Assembly (NCBI GenBank): GCA_964016885.1 | Contig: OZ024740.1 | Location: 364,560,001-364,624,000, forward strand | Origin: Eledone cirrhosa | Taxonomy: Eukaryota | Direction of reading: 5' to 3' | DNA: 64,000 bases | In this document: positions 63,958-64,000 of the stretch, one piece after another | Layout of the letters: every line of letters starts with the position of its first letter | Position numbering within the stretch: position 1 is the first letter of the stretch | Translations under genes and position numbers: made by a program | The notes under the pieces: model-generated | Databases searched by the model: none | The model's input: the letters and a program-made list of their open reading frames with translations, nothing else | What the model was told of the DNA's origin: nothing

Positions 63958-64000
63958 TACTTGATCACACGAATGTCTATTTTTGTTAATATTTTGAATT

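Overview
AT-rich, microsatellite-dense eukaryotic non-coding DNA. The repeat content (tRNA-derived SINEs, (GAT)n/(ATT)n tails, long (CA)n/(TA)n runs) suggests a mollusc, probably an octopus; this is inference. I cannot support any host protein-coding gene, and almost all ORF-track entries are repeat artefacts. The only clear coding block is a decayed L1/Tx1-group LINE locus at ~23.7-32.3 kb. It holds an ORF1-only copy whose ORF2 has collapsed to a 10-codon mini-ORF, followed by a copy with ORF1 (CCHC knuckle) and ORF2 (APE-RT-Zn finger). A third, shrunken relative lies at ~44.4-45.2 kb. The rest is a mosaic of two TTAA-flanked piggyBac-type MITE families, three SINE types, a non-autonomous Helitron, fragments of RTE, CR1, CRE-like and mariner elements, and several minisatellites, including a ~3.2 kb 22-bp array. 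The most notable signals are two homologous minimal hammerhead ribozyme motifs (42273-42338, 63891-63957), the precise ORF2-less LINE, a 131-bp near-perfect palindrome resembling the Helitron 3' end, and minisatellites built from RFX X-box and Pol III B-box-like motifs. All alignments and folds were done by eye, so boundaries are approximate.
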